A stretch of DNA of 39,416 nucleotides, taken from assembly GCA_031459625.1 (NCBI GenBank), contig JAVKIH010000023.1, positions 1 to 39,416 of the forward strand, written 5' to 3'. Of the stretch, positions 18,824-27,596 are shown piece after piece (position 1 is the first letter of the stretch; every line of letters begins with the position of its first letter). Below the pieces are notes generated by a model that did no database searches, had not been told where the DNA came from, and saw only the letters and a list, made by a program, of their open reading frames with translations. Source of the DNA: Candidatus Geohabitans tengchongensis. GTDB lineage: Bacteria > Sysuimicrobiota > Sysuimicrobiia > Sysuimicrobiales > Humicultoraceae. Both the position numbers and the translations under genes were made by a program.

Positions 18824-20961
18824 TCGACTTCCTGGACGGCGCCCGGCGCGCCCTGGCCGACCCCGAGCTCCAGACGGCGCTCGGCGGGGCGGTGCGGACG
18901 GTGCGCGAGCGCCGGGACGCGCTCGTGGCCACCCTCCCGGAGTGGCCGGCGTGGCGGGCGCGGGCGGCGGCGGTACGGGAGGCGGCGCTGGCCGACCTGG
19001 AGGGCCACCTGGACCGGCTGGAGAGGGCGGTCCGCCACGCGGGCGGCGAGGTCCACCACGCCCCTGATGCGACGGCGGCCCGCGCCCTCATCGTGGACCT
19101 GGTGCGGCGCTACGGCGCCCGGCGCATCGTGAAGAGCAAGTCCTCCACCACCGAGGAGATCGACCTCAACCCGGCCCTCGAGGCCGCCGGCGCCGAGGTC
19201 ACGGAGACTGATCTCGGCGAGTTCATCGTGCAGCTCGCCGGCGAGCGCCCCGTGCACTTCGTCGCGCCGGCCTTCCACAAGTCCGCCGGACAGGTGGCGC
19301 GCCTCTTCGCCGAGCGGTTGGGCACGCCGCCCGCCGCGGCCCCCGAAGACCTGACCCGGCGCGCCCGCGCCCACCTGCGCGCGGTCTTCCTGGGCGCCGA
19401 CCTGGGGATCACCGGCGTGAACTTCGCCGCCGCGGACACCGGGACGCTCGTCCTGGTGGAGAACGAGGGCAACGCCCGCCTCACCACCACGCTGCCGCGG
19501 GTGCACGTGGCGGTGATGGGCATCGAGAAGGTGATCCCGCGCCTGACCGACCTGGCTCTCCTGCTGCGCGTCCTGGCCCCCAGTGCCGTGGGCACGCGCG
19601 CGGCGGAGTACGTCTCGCTGCTCACCGGCCCGCGACGACCGGACGAGCACGATGGTCCCGAGGCCTTGCACCTGGTCCTGCTCGACAACGGCCGGCGCCG
19701 CATCCTGGCCGACCCCGAGGTGCGTGAGGCGCTCCGCTGCATCCGCTGCGGGGCCTGCCTGAACGCCTGCCCGGTCTACGAGCGCGCCGGCGGCCACGCC
19801 TACGGCTCGATCTACTCCGGCCCCATCGGTGCCGTCGTCACCCCGCTCCTCCAGGGAATCGACCGGGCGGGGCAGCTCCCCTTCGCCAGCACGCTGTGCG
19901 GCCGGTGCGCCGAGGTCTGCCCGGTGGGCATCGACCTGCCACGGCTGCTGCTGGTCCTGCGGCGGCGTGCAGTGGAGGCGGGACAGGTGGCCTGGCTGGA
20001 GCGGGTGGCCGTCCGGCTCTACGCGGCAGCCGCCGCGGACCCGAACCGGTGGGGCCTGGCCGGGCGGGCCCTGCGCGCGGCCCTGCGTCCGCTCGTCCGG
20101 GACGGGGCGGTGCGATGGCTGCCCCCGCCGCTTGGGGGCTGGACCGCCAGCCGGGACTTCCCGGCCCCGCCGCCTGCGGCATGGCGGGACCACCCGGCGG
20201 GCTCGACGGTGGCGCGCGCAACAGCCCCGGGCGCCGGGCGCCCCTCGCAGCCGCCGATCGAGGCCGCACCGGACGCGCCCGGCGCGGCGCCCCGCCCCGG
20301 GCCGCACGAGCCGCCTGGTGGTCCCCCGGGCCCCGGCGCGGCAATGGGCCCCGGCGCGGCAACGCACGCGAATCACCCGGCCTCCCACGAGTCGGTCCCA
20401 GAGGACCCAGTGGAGGCGCTGGCGGCACGGTGGCGGCGCACGGCGGCGCACTTCCACCGGGTCAGGCCGGAGCAGGTCGGGGACCTGGTGGCCGCTCTGC
20501 TCCAGGAGGTGCGGGCACGCGCCCCGGAAGGGGCCTTCACGGTGGCCCTCACAGCGCGGCCGCTGGTCGAGCGGCTCGGCCTCCGGGCAGCCGTCTCACA
20601 GGTGGCGGACAGGGTGCTGGACCCCGCGACGGCCACGCGCGACGCCCTGGCTGGGGCGCAGGCCGGCCTCACCGTCGCGGACTACGCCGTGGCGGAGACC
20701 GGCACGCTCGTGGAGCGGGCCTCAGCGGACCAGCCGCGCGCCTTCTCGCTCCTGCCGCCGGTCCACCTGGCGCTGGTGCCCGCCGGGGCCGTGCTCCCCA
20801 CCCTCCCCGCGCTCTTCGCCGTCCTGGAGCGGGAGGAGCCGCCCTCGGCCTGGACCTGCATCTCCGGGCCAAGCGGCACGGCGGACATCGGCCTGACCTA
20901 CGTGTCGGGCGTGCACGGCCCGGGGGAGGTCCACGTCATGCTGATCGAGGAATTGTCGTGA
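18820..20961 (+). CDS. lutB: LutB-LutC fusion (Fe-S lactate utilization protein B joined to a LUD/LutC domain)
   Basis: GTGA overlap with lutA; KSKS, ETDLGEFIVQL, ENEGN, CIRCGACLNACP, LCGRCAEVCP; then a Pro/Ala/Gly linker and a LutC signature (AETGTL, SLLPPVHLALV, ISGPSGTADIG, GVHGP) in one frame. Confidence 0.87.
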   Translation: MIDFLDGARRALADPELQTALGGAVRTVRERRDALVATLPEWPAWRARAAAVREAALADLEGHLDRLERAVRHAGGEVHHAPDATAARALIVDLVRRYGARRIVKSKSSTTEEIDLNPALEAAGAEVTETDLGEFIVQLAGERPVHFVAPAFHKSAGQVARLFAERLGTPPAAAPEDLTRRARAHLRAVFLGADLGITGVNFAAADTGTLVLVENEGNARLTTTLPRVHVAVMGIEKVIPRLTDLALLLRVLAPSAVGTRAAEYVSLLTGPRRPDEHDGPEALHLVLLDNGRRRILADPEVREALRCIRCGACLNACPVYERAGGHAYGSIYSGPIGAVVTPLLQGIDRAGQLPFASTLCGRCAEVCPVGIDLPRLLLVLRRRAVEAGQVAWLERVAVRLYAAAAADPNRWGLAGRALRAALRPLVRDGAVRWLPPPLGGWTASRDFPAPPPAAWRDHPAGSTVARATAPGAGRPSQPPIEAAPDAPGAAPRPGPHEPPGGPPGPGAAMGPGAATHANHPASHESVPEDPVEALAARWRRTAAHFHRVRPEQVGDLVAALLQEVRARAPEGAFTVALTARPLVERLGLRAAVSQVADRVLDPATATRDALAGAQAGLTVADYAVAETGTLVERASADQPRAFSLLPPVHLALVPAGAVLPTLPALFAVLEREEPPSAWTCISGPSGTADIGLTYVSGVHGPGEVHVMLIEELS

Positions 20962-21095
20962 CGCCTCCCCTCCCTTCGATCGACCGGAGCCCTGGAGCCC
21001 CATTGAAAGCAGGACTCGACTCCTGAGAGGCGGCAGCCCTGTCCCGCCGCCGGCGCAACGGCTGGCCGGCCGGGGAAGGAATCCGTCCCGTGGAT

Positions 21096-21107
21096 TTGGT
21101 ATACCAA
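21096..21107. promoter_or_regulatory. Perfect palindrome TTGGTATACCAA, probable GntR/FadR-family operator
   Basis: 12-bp perfect inverted repeat at the start of the gntR gene, followed by a degenerate half-site TGGTACAC; fits the general FadR-subfamily TxGT-N-ACxA pattern. Confidence 0.7.
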
Positions 21108-21844
21108 TGGTACACACATCAAAGGTGGCGGCGGCCGTTCCCGTGAGCAGCAGGAATGGGTCGAAGGAGGTCGCGTACGCGCACCTGAAGCGGGCCATCC
21201 TCTCCGGTGCGCTGCGTCCCGGCGCGCCCATCGCGGAGCGCGCGCTGGCCCAGCGCTACCGGCTCAGCCGTACGCCCATCCGCGAGATCCTCCACCGGCT
21301 CCACCATGAGCAGCTCGTGGTGCTCTACCCGCGGCGGGGTGCCTTCGTCCGCCAGCTGGAGACCCGCCACATCCTGGAAATCTTCGACGCCCGGGAAGCG
21401 GTCGAACCCATCGCCGCGCGCCTGGCGGCAGCCTTTCCGGACCACCCCGCCCTCGACCGGCTGACGCGGGAGTTCGCGGCCCTCCGGCTCGAGGACACCC
21501 CCGACGCCCGGGCTGCGCTGGTGGCGGCCGGCCGGCGCCTGCACGACCACGTCGTCCGGGCGTGCGGGAACTCCTACCTCCAGCAGATGTACGCGATCCT
21601 CCGGAACCAGTCGGCCCTCGTGCGCGCCCTGACGAGGCAGCGCTTTGAGATCGAGCGGGAGTCGTACGCCGCGCACCTTCGAATCCTCTCAGCCCTTCGA
21701 GAGGGCGACCCGGAGGGGGCGGAGGCCGGCATGCGGGACCACCTGCGCACGACCCGCGAACACCTGATGCGCCGCTTCTTCACGGCGAGAGGCCCCAGGA
21801 CGCGGACGAGGGCGAGAGCACGAGGGGGGAGACCGGATGGGTAG
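21107..21844 (+). CDS. GntR-family transcriptional regulator (wHTH + FCD)
   Basis: LRPGAPIAERALAQRYRLSRTPIRE...PRRGAFV helix-turn-helix; FCD residues LHDH, GN, HLRI, MRDHL; the true start may be a downstream GTG. Confidence 0.9.
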   Translation: MVHTSKVAAAVPVSSRNGSKEVAYAHLKRAILSGALRPGAPIAERALAQRYRLSRTPIREILHRLHHEQLVVLYPRRGAFVRQLETRHILEIFDAREAVEPIAARLAAAFPDHPALDRLTREFAALRLEDTPDARAALVAAGRRLHDHVVRACGNSYLQQMYAILRNQSALVRALTRQRFEIERESYAAHLRILSALREGDPEGAEAGMRDHLRTTREHLMRRFFTARGPRTRTRARARGGRPDG

Positions 21845-23441
21845 CGACGACAGCTACGCACGTGACCGGATGGGGGTGACCCGGCGGGAGTTCCTGAAGG
21901 CCGCGGGAGGCGTCGGGGTAGGGCTTGCGGTCACCGGACTCGGGGTCCCGCGGCACCTCTGGACGGCGGCGGCGGCTCCCGGGGCCACGCCGCGCCGGGG
22001 GGGGCAGATCACCTTCGGGAGCGCGGCCCTCCCGGCCAGCATCGAGCCCCACCTGGAGGGGGCCGACATCTACCAGCGGCGTAAGCCGCTCTTCTACGAG
22101 ACGCTCACCTGGGTGGACTTCGACTTGGTCCCCCGGCCCATGCTGGCCGAACGCTGGGAGGAGCGCTCCCCAACGGAGTACATCTTCCATCTCCGGCGCG
22201 GGGTCAAGTTCCATAACGGCAAGGAGATGGACGCCGAGGATGTGAAGTACAGCTACGAACGGGTCCTCGACCCGAAGACCGGCTCGGGCGGGCGTGGGGA
22301 TCTGATCATGATCCGGTCCATCGACGTGGTCGACCGCTACACCCTCCGCTTCACCCTCCACGAGCCGAACGCGACGTTTCTCATCAACCTGGCCGGGAAG
22401 TACAACGCGGTCATCCCTAAGGACGCCGTTCGCACTGGCCGGGAACTCCAGCAGGCGGCCGTCGGGACCGGCCCATTCCGGGTCGAGGGGTTCGAGCCCA
22501 ATCGACGTCTCGTCCTGCGGCGGTTCGACGACTACTGGGACCGCGGGAGGCCCTACCTCGATGGCATCACGTTTCAGGCGATCCCGGACGAGTCCTCGCT
22601 GGTGGCCGGACTCCGCGCCGGCCAGATCGACATGGTGCAGTTCGAGAGTGGCGCCAACTTCCAGCTCGTCCGGCACTTGCGGGCGTTGAACAACATCCAG
22701 GCACCCGGGATCCGGTGGGTGGTCCTCGACCTGGCGGGAGACATGGAGCCGACGAAGAACCCCGACGTGCGGCGCGCGGTGGCGCTGGCCATCGACCGGG
22801 ACGCCGTCCTGCGCATCGCGGGCAACGGGCTGGGGCAGCGGCTGGGCGTCCTCCCACCCGCCATGACCTTCTGGGCCATGCCGGTGGATCGCCTCCCCAA
22901 CCAGAAGCGCGACGTCGCCCGGGCGCGGGAGCTGCTGCAGCGCGCGGGGCTGCGGCCGCCCGTGCCGCTGACGATCCGGAACATCGTCGGCTTCCCCTCC
23001 CTCGCCGCCTCCATCCAGGTCATCGCCGACAACCTCAGAGAGGCTGGCTTCGAGGTCAAGGTGGAGACGGTCGACATCGGCGTCTGGATCAAGGACTGGA
23101 TCGCCCGCCAATCCCCGTCGACGGTGAACGAGTGGGGCGGGTTCGTGGATCCCGACCAGGCCTTCTACCGCCACTACCGACAGCCCCCGCAGGGGGTGGA
23201 CTTCCGGCGCTGGGGGAACCCCGAGGTGGACCGACTGCTGGATGAGGGACGTCGTACCCTCGACCGGAACCGCCGGAAGGCCATCTACGACCGGGTGCAG
23301 ACGATGCTGGCGGATGACCCCATCAGCGTTCCGCTCTACGCCCCTCATCTGCTGTACAGCTTGAACCGAAAAATTCAAGGATTTCGTCCGTACCCGACGG
23401 GCTTCCTGTACGGGCTGCGGTTCGTCTGGATCGAGGAGTAG
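21837..23441 (+). CDS. Tat-exported family-5 (peptide/nickel/opine) ABC substrate-binding protein
   Basis: TRREFLK Tat motif; LRRGVKFHNG, GTGPF, VRRAVALAIDR motifs; start at 21837 or 21870. Confidence 0.92.
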   Translation: MGSDDSYARDRMGVTRREFLKAAGGVGVGLAVTGLGVPRHLWTAAAAPGATPRRGGQITFGSAALPASIEPHLEGADIYQRRKPLFYETLTWVDFDLVPRPMLAERWEERSPTEYIFHLRRGVKFHNGKEMDAEDVKYSYERVLDPKTGSGGRGDLIMIRSIDVVDRYTLRFTLHEPNATFLINLAGKYNAVIPKDAVRTGRELQQAAVGTGPFRVEGFEPNRRLVLRRFDDYWDRGRPYLDGITFQAIPDESSLVAGLRAGQIDMVQFESGANFQLVRHLRALNNIQAPGIRWVVLDLAGDMEPTKNPDVRRAVALAIDRDAVLRIAGNGLGQRLGVLPPAMTFWAMPVDRLPNQKRDVARARELLQRAGLRPPVPLTIRNIVGFPSLAASIQVIADNLREAGFEVKVETVDIGVWIKDWIARQSPSTVNEWGGFVDPDQAFYRHYRQPPQGVDFRRWGNPEVDRLLDEGRRTLDRNRRKAIYDRVQTMLADDPISVPLYAPHLLYSLNRKIQGFRPYPTGFLYGLRFVWIEE

Positions 23442-23448
23442 GTAGGCG

Positions 23449-24396
23449 CTGCGGGCGTACGTTCTCCGGCGACTCCTGGCGATGCTGGCCACGCTGCTGG
23501 GGGTCAGCCTCATCGTCTTCGGGCTGATGCGGCTGATCCCCGGCACGGTGGTCGAGCAGCTCCTGGGGCAGAGTGCGCTGATCACCGAGGAGACGCTCCG
23601 CAGCCTCCGTGTGTTCTTCGGGCTTGACCGCCCCTGGTACGTGCAGTTCGGCGAATGGGCGTGGGGACTGCTTCGCGGAGACCTCGGTCACTCGTGGCGG
23701 AGCGATCGGCCTGTGGCCGCGCTGATCCTCTCCCGGCTGCCAGTCTCGGCGGAGTTGGCCGTCCTGAGCGTCGCCTGGTCGTTGATCATCGGGATCCCGC
23801 TCGGGATCGTGGGCGCCGTCCGACGGGGCTCAGCGGACGGCTTCGTGCGGATCGTCTCGACCCTAGGCCTCTCCGTACCCGCCTTCTGGCAGGGAACGCT
23901 GCTCATCCTGCTCTTCTCGGTCTACCTGCAGTGGATGCCGTCGCTGCAGTGGATCCCGTTCACCCAGGATCCCCTGGGCAACCTCAGCATCATGGCGCTC
24001 CCCGCGCTCACGCTGGGGACGGCCACGGCCGCCATGATCAGCCGAATGACGCGATCGGCGATGCTCGACGTGCTGGGACAGGACTACGTCCGCACCGCTC
24101 GGGCGAAGGGCCTTGGGCCTCAGCGCGTGCTGCTCCGCCACGCTTTGCGCAACGCGCTCATCCCCATCATCACCGTGGCTGGAGTCCAGATGGGATACAT
24201 CCTGGGTGGCATTGTCGTGGTCGAGGACGTCTTCAGCCTCCCCGGGGTCGGCCGCCTCCTGCTGGACGCCATCTTCCAGCGGGACTACCCTGTCGTGCAG
24301 GGCACGATCCTCGTGGGCGCAGCGCTCTTCATGCTGCTCAACTTCACCGTCGATCTCCTCTACGCGGTCATCGACCCGCGGATCCAGTACCAGTGA
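23449..24396 (+). CDS. Opp/Dpp-family ABC permease (B subunit)
   Basis: GDLGHS, EAA loop QDYVRTARAKGL, HALRNAL, DYPVVQG, DPRI. In-frame CTG at 23449 gives the usual (M)RAYVLRRLL N-terminus; the track uses ATG 23482. Confidence 0.88.
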   Translation: MRAYVLRRLLAMLATLLGVSLIVFGLMRLIPGTVVEQLLGQSALITEETLRSLRVFFGLDRPWYVQFGEWAWGLLRGDLGHSWRSDRPVAALILSRLPVSAELAVLSVAWSLIIGIPLGIVGAVRRGSADGFVRIVSTLGLSVPAFWQGTLLILLFSVYLQWMPSLQWIPFTQDPLGNLSIMALPALTLGTATAAMISRMTRSAMLDVLGQDYVRTARAKGLGPQRVLLRHALRNALIPIITVAGVQMGYILGGIVVVEDVFSLPGVGRLLLDAIFQRDYPVVQGTILVGAALFMLLNFTVDLLYAVIDPRIQYQ

Positions 24397-25286
24397 TGGC
24401 CCGCGCCATCCGCGCCATTCCGCCCTCGCCCGCGCTGGCGGTGGCTGCCCGCCCGCTGACCCGTTGGGCAAGCCACCTTGGGCGGAACACGCTCTTCGCT
24501 GTTGGCCTGACCCTGCTCGCCGCGCTGGCGGTCGTGGCGCTCCTGGCCCCGGTGTTTGCCCCCTACGGCCCCACCGCCATCGACGCCGAGCGCATGTTCC
24601 AGGCGCCTTCTCGCGCGCACCCCTTCGGGACGGACCGCTTCGGGCGCGATCTGCTGAGTCGTGTGATTTTCGGCGCTCGGGTTTCGCTGGGGATCGCGTG
24701 CGCCGCTATCACCATCGCCGCCCTCGTCGGCGGCCTCCTCGGGCTCCTGGCCGGATTCTGGGAGCGCCTCACCGACCTGGTCTTGGGACGCGTCATGGAC
24801 ATCTTCTTCGCATTCCCGTCGGTGCTGCTGGCGCTGGGGATCTCGGCGGTCCTCGGGGCCGGGGCGACGACCGTCATCATCGCCATCGCCGTTGTCTACA
24901 CCCCCCTGTTCTTCCGGGTGATGCGGGCGAGCGTGCTCGCGGAGAAACGCCTCGCCTACGTCGAAGCGGCGATGGCGATGGGCGCCGGGCCGCTGCTCAT
25001 CATGCGGCGCCACATCCTGCGGAACGTGCTCTCCCCCATGATCGTGCAAGTGGCCGTCTCCCTCTCCTATGCCATCCTCATCGAGTCGGCGCTCAGCTAC
25101 CTTGGTGTGGGCGTCCAGCCCCCCACGCCGTCCTGGGGCACCATCCTCAACGAGGGAAAGGAGTTCCTGCCGATCTCCCCATGGATCTCGCTCTTCCCCG
25201 GGCTCTTCATCATGCTGTCGGTGCTGGCGCTGAACCTCGTGGGAGACGCCCTGCGTGACTACCTCGACCCGCGGCTCCGCCCATGA
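24396..25286 (+). CDS. Opp/Dpp-family ABC permease (C subunit)
   Basis: TGATG coupling; HPFGTDRFGRDLLSR, YVEAAMAMGA, ESALSYLGVG, PSWG, GDALRDYLDPR motifs. Confidence 0.9.
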   Translation: MARAIRAIPPSPALAVAARPLTRWASHLGRNTLFAVGLTLLAALAVVALLAPVFAPYGPTAIDAERMFQAPSRAHPFGTDRFGRDLLSRVIFGARVSLGIACAAITIAALVGGLLGLLAGFWERLTDLVLGRVMDIFFAFPSVLLALGISAVLGAGATTVIIAIAVVYTPLFFRVMRASVLAEKRLAYVEAAMAMGAGPLLIMRRHILRNVLSPMIVQVAVSLSYAILIESALSYLGVGVQPPTPSWGTILNEGKEFLPISPWISLFPGLFIMLSVLALNLVGDALRDYLDPRLRP

Positions 25287-26317
25287 AGGAGGAGGTGGTG
25301 CGCGTGGGCGTGGTGGGGGTGGGCCACTTTGGTCGCCTCCATGCAGCGGCATTGCGCGACCTCCCTGGCGCGCGCCTCGCTGCCCTGTGCGAGCCCGACG
25401 AGGCGCGGCGCCACGCCGCCGCCGTCGCTTTCCCTGACGTGCCGCTCTTCGCCTCGTTCGCGGAGACGCTGGAGCGGGCGGAAGTGGACGCCGTGGTCCT
25501 GGCCACCCCCGAGACGGAGCACGCCGCGCAGGCGGTGGCGGCCATGGAGCGCGGGTGGGACGTCCTGGTCGAGAAACCGCTGGCGCCCTCGTTGCTGGAA
25601 GCCCGGGCGGTGCGGGAGGCGGCCCGCCGGACAGGCCGGGTGGTCCACGTGGGGACCGTCCTCCGCTTCAGCGTGCCGCACCGCCAGCTGGCCGGAGCCG
25701 TCCACGCGGGGCGACTCGGCGCAGTGCTCCACGTCCGCGCGATCCGCTGGATCAGCCGTGAGTGGCTCACGCGGACATCGGTCCACCTGGCCTATCGGGC
25801 TGCCATCCACGACATCGACCAGGTGCTGTGGCTGACCCGCTCCCGCGTCGTCCGCGTGGCGGCTGCGGCCCACCCGCTCCCGGAAGAGGGTCGCCCCGCC
25901 GCCCTGGCGGCATTGCTCTGGCTGCGCTCGGGCGCAACGGCCAGCGTCGAGACGCACTTCCTCGTGCCCGCCGCGTTTCCGAGCACCATGCTTCCGCCCG
26001 AGCGGCCCGGCACCCGGCGCGGACTCCTGGAGGTGGTGGGGAGCGGAGGCCTGGGGCGGGTCGACGAGGGCGCCGGCCTGGAGCTGTGGACGGACGAGGG
26101 GGCGTATGCGCCGGATACGTTGGTCGTCCCTGCCGTCGGTGGTCGGATCGACGGCGCCCTCCGCGCCGAGCTGGAACACTTTACGGCCTGCGTGGCAGGA
26201 CGTCATGCCCCGAGCACCGCGGCCCTCGACGAGCACGTGCACGCGGTGGCCGTCGCTGCCGCGCTGGTCGCCGCCGCCGAGACGGGGAGCCTGACTGAGG
26301 TCGAGGAGGGGCGGTGA
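25283..26317 (+). CDS. Gfo/Idh/MocA-family oxidoreductase
   Basis: VGVVGVGHFG, VLVEKP, AIHDID motifs; ATGA overlap. Confidence 0.88.
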   Translation: MKEEVVRVGVVGVGHFGRLHAAALRDLPGARLAALCEPDEARRHAAAVAFPDVPLFASFAETLERAEVDAVVLATPETEHAAQAVAAMERGWDVLVEKPLAPSLLEARAVREAARRTGRVVHVGTVLRFSVPHRQLAGAVHAGRLGAVLHVRAIRWISREWLTRTSVHLAYRAAIHDIDQVLWLTRSRVVRVAAAAHPLPEEGRPAALAALLWLRSGATASVETHFLVPAAFPSTMLPPERPGTRRGLLEVVGSGGLGRVDEGAGLELWTDEGAYAPDTLVVPAVGGRIDGALRAELEHFTACVAGRHAPSTAALDEHVHAVAVAAALVAAAETGSLTEVEEGR

Positions 26318-26811
26318 AGCCCAAACAGGTCGTATCGCCGGCCAAGGTCGGGGGGTTGAGCCGGAGGGAACTCGACGCTTTCTTGGCGGAGCCCTGGAAT
26401 GCCCGTCTGGCCACCATCACCCCCCAGGGAACCCCCTACGTCGTGCCGGTCTGGTATCAGTTCGATCCGGCCGAACGGGTGTTCTACGTGGTGGCCCGGG
26501 CACGTGCCGCTTACGTCGAGCACATCCGACACCACCCGGCCGTGGCCGTGCACATCGCCGACGACGCCCACCTCGAGCACACCCGCGTCCTGGTGGAAGG
26601 AACGGCCGAGGTCGTCGAGGGCCCCGTGGCGCCCCGGGACCATCCCCGCCTGCGCGCAGTGGCCATGCAGTTGGCGCGCCGCTACATGGGGGAGCGTGGG
26701 CTCGAGTACGCCGAACGCACCATGGGACGTCCCCGCTACCTGATCCGGATCGTGCCCCGGCGATGGCGGACCTGGACCGGGACCGAGTGGGCCCGGCGGT
26801 ACCGGGCGTAG
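26314..26811 (+). CDS. Pyridoxamine 5'-phosphate oxidase-like split-barrel flavin/F420-binding protein
   Basis: ARLATITPQGTPYVVPVWY, IRHHPAVAV, VLVEGTA pattern; GTGA overlap. Confidence 0.8.
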   Translation: MKPKQVVSPAKVGGLSRRELDAFLAEPWNARLATITPQGTPYVVPVWYQFDPAERVFYVVARARAAYVEHIRHHPAVAVHIADDAHLEHTRVLVEGTAEVVEGPVAPRDHPRLRAVAMQLARRYMGERGLEYAERTMGRPRYLIRIVPRRWRTWTGTEWARRYRA

Positions 26812-26822
26812 AGGACAGGGAC

Positions 26823-27596
26823 ATGCGCATCCTCGACCGGATCGCCCTTGTGGGGAGCAGCCGTTTTGGTCTCAGCAACCCGTACGACTGTAGTGTCTAT
26901 GCGGTCGAAACAGCCGCAGGGACGGTGCTGGTCGACGCCGGGTGCGGCCTGGAACCGGAGCTCATCGCGGCCAACTTGCGGCGCGATGGGTTCGACCCGT
27001 CGGCGATCCACACTGTCGTCCTTACCCACGCCCACGCCGACCATGCTGGCGGTGCCCGCGGGTGGAAAGACCGGACCGGCTGCCGGCTGGTGGCGCCCGC
27101 CGGGGAGCGCGCGGTCGTTGAGGGCATCGTCGACCAGAGTGCCGTCCTCGAGCAGGCGAAACGTGCCGGCCTCTACCCGTCCGACTACGTGTTCCCCACC
27201 GTCACGGTGGACCGAGGCGTGGGCGATGGGGAGACGCTGGACTTCGGGGACGTGCGGTTGCAGGCGCTGGAGGTGGCGGGCCACACGCCCCACCACACCT
27301 GCTACCTGACAGACCTGGACGGGCGGCGCGTCCTCTTCTCCGGCGACGCGGTGCTCTACGGTGGGAGCCTGCTCCTCCAGAACACCCCGGGGTGCAGTCT
27401 CGACGCCTACCGACGCGACATTGGAAAGCTGGCGGGGCTCGGCGTCGACGTCCTGCTGCCCGGGCACGGGATCTTCGTGCTCCGCTGCGGCCAGGAGCAC
27501 CTGGACCGGGCGGTGGCCGCGCTCCGCGAGCTGGCCGTGCCGCCGAATTTCGCCGCCTTATGTCCCAAGGTCATCCCGGAGGTCTACCGAAGATGA
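26823..27596 (+). CDS. Metallo-beta-lactamase-fold hydrolase
   Basis: LVDAG, THAHADHAGG (HxHxDH), GHT, FSGD, LLPGHG; SD-preceded ATG at 26823. Confidence 0.88.
   Translation: MRILDRIALVGSSRFGLSNPYDCSVYAVETAAGTVLVDAGCGLEPELIAANLRRDGFDPSAIHTVVLTHAHADHAGGARGWKDRTGCRLVAPAGERAVVEGIVDQSAVLEQAKRAGLYPSDYVFPTVTVDRGVGDGETLDFGDVRLQALEVAGHTPHHTCYLTDLDGRRVLFSGDAVLYGGSLLLQNTPGCSLDAYRRDIGKLAGLGVDVLLPGHGIFVLRCGQEHLDRAVAALRELAVPPNFAALCPKVIPEVYRR

Noticed and set aside
20974..21010. CTTCGATCGACC...GCCCCATTGAAAGC resembles the ATTGAAA(G/C) 3' end of some CRISPR repeats
   Set aside because: Single copy, no repeat-spacer periodicity and no cas genes in the window.
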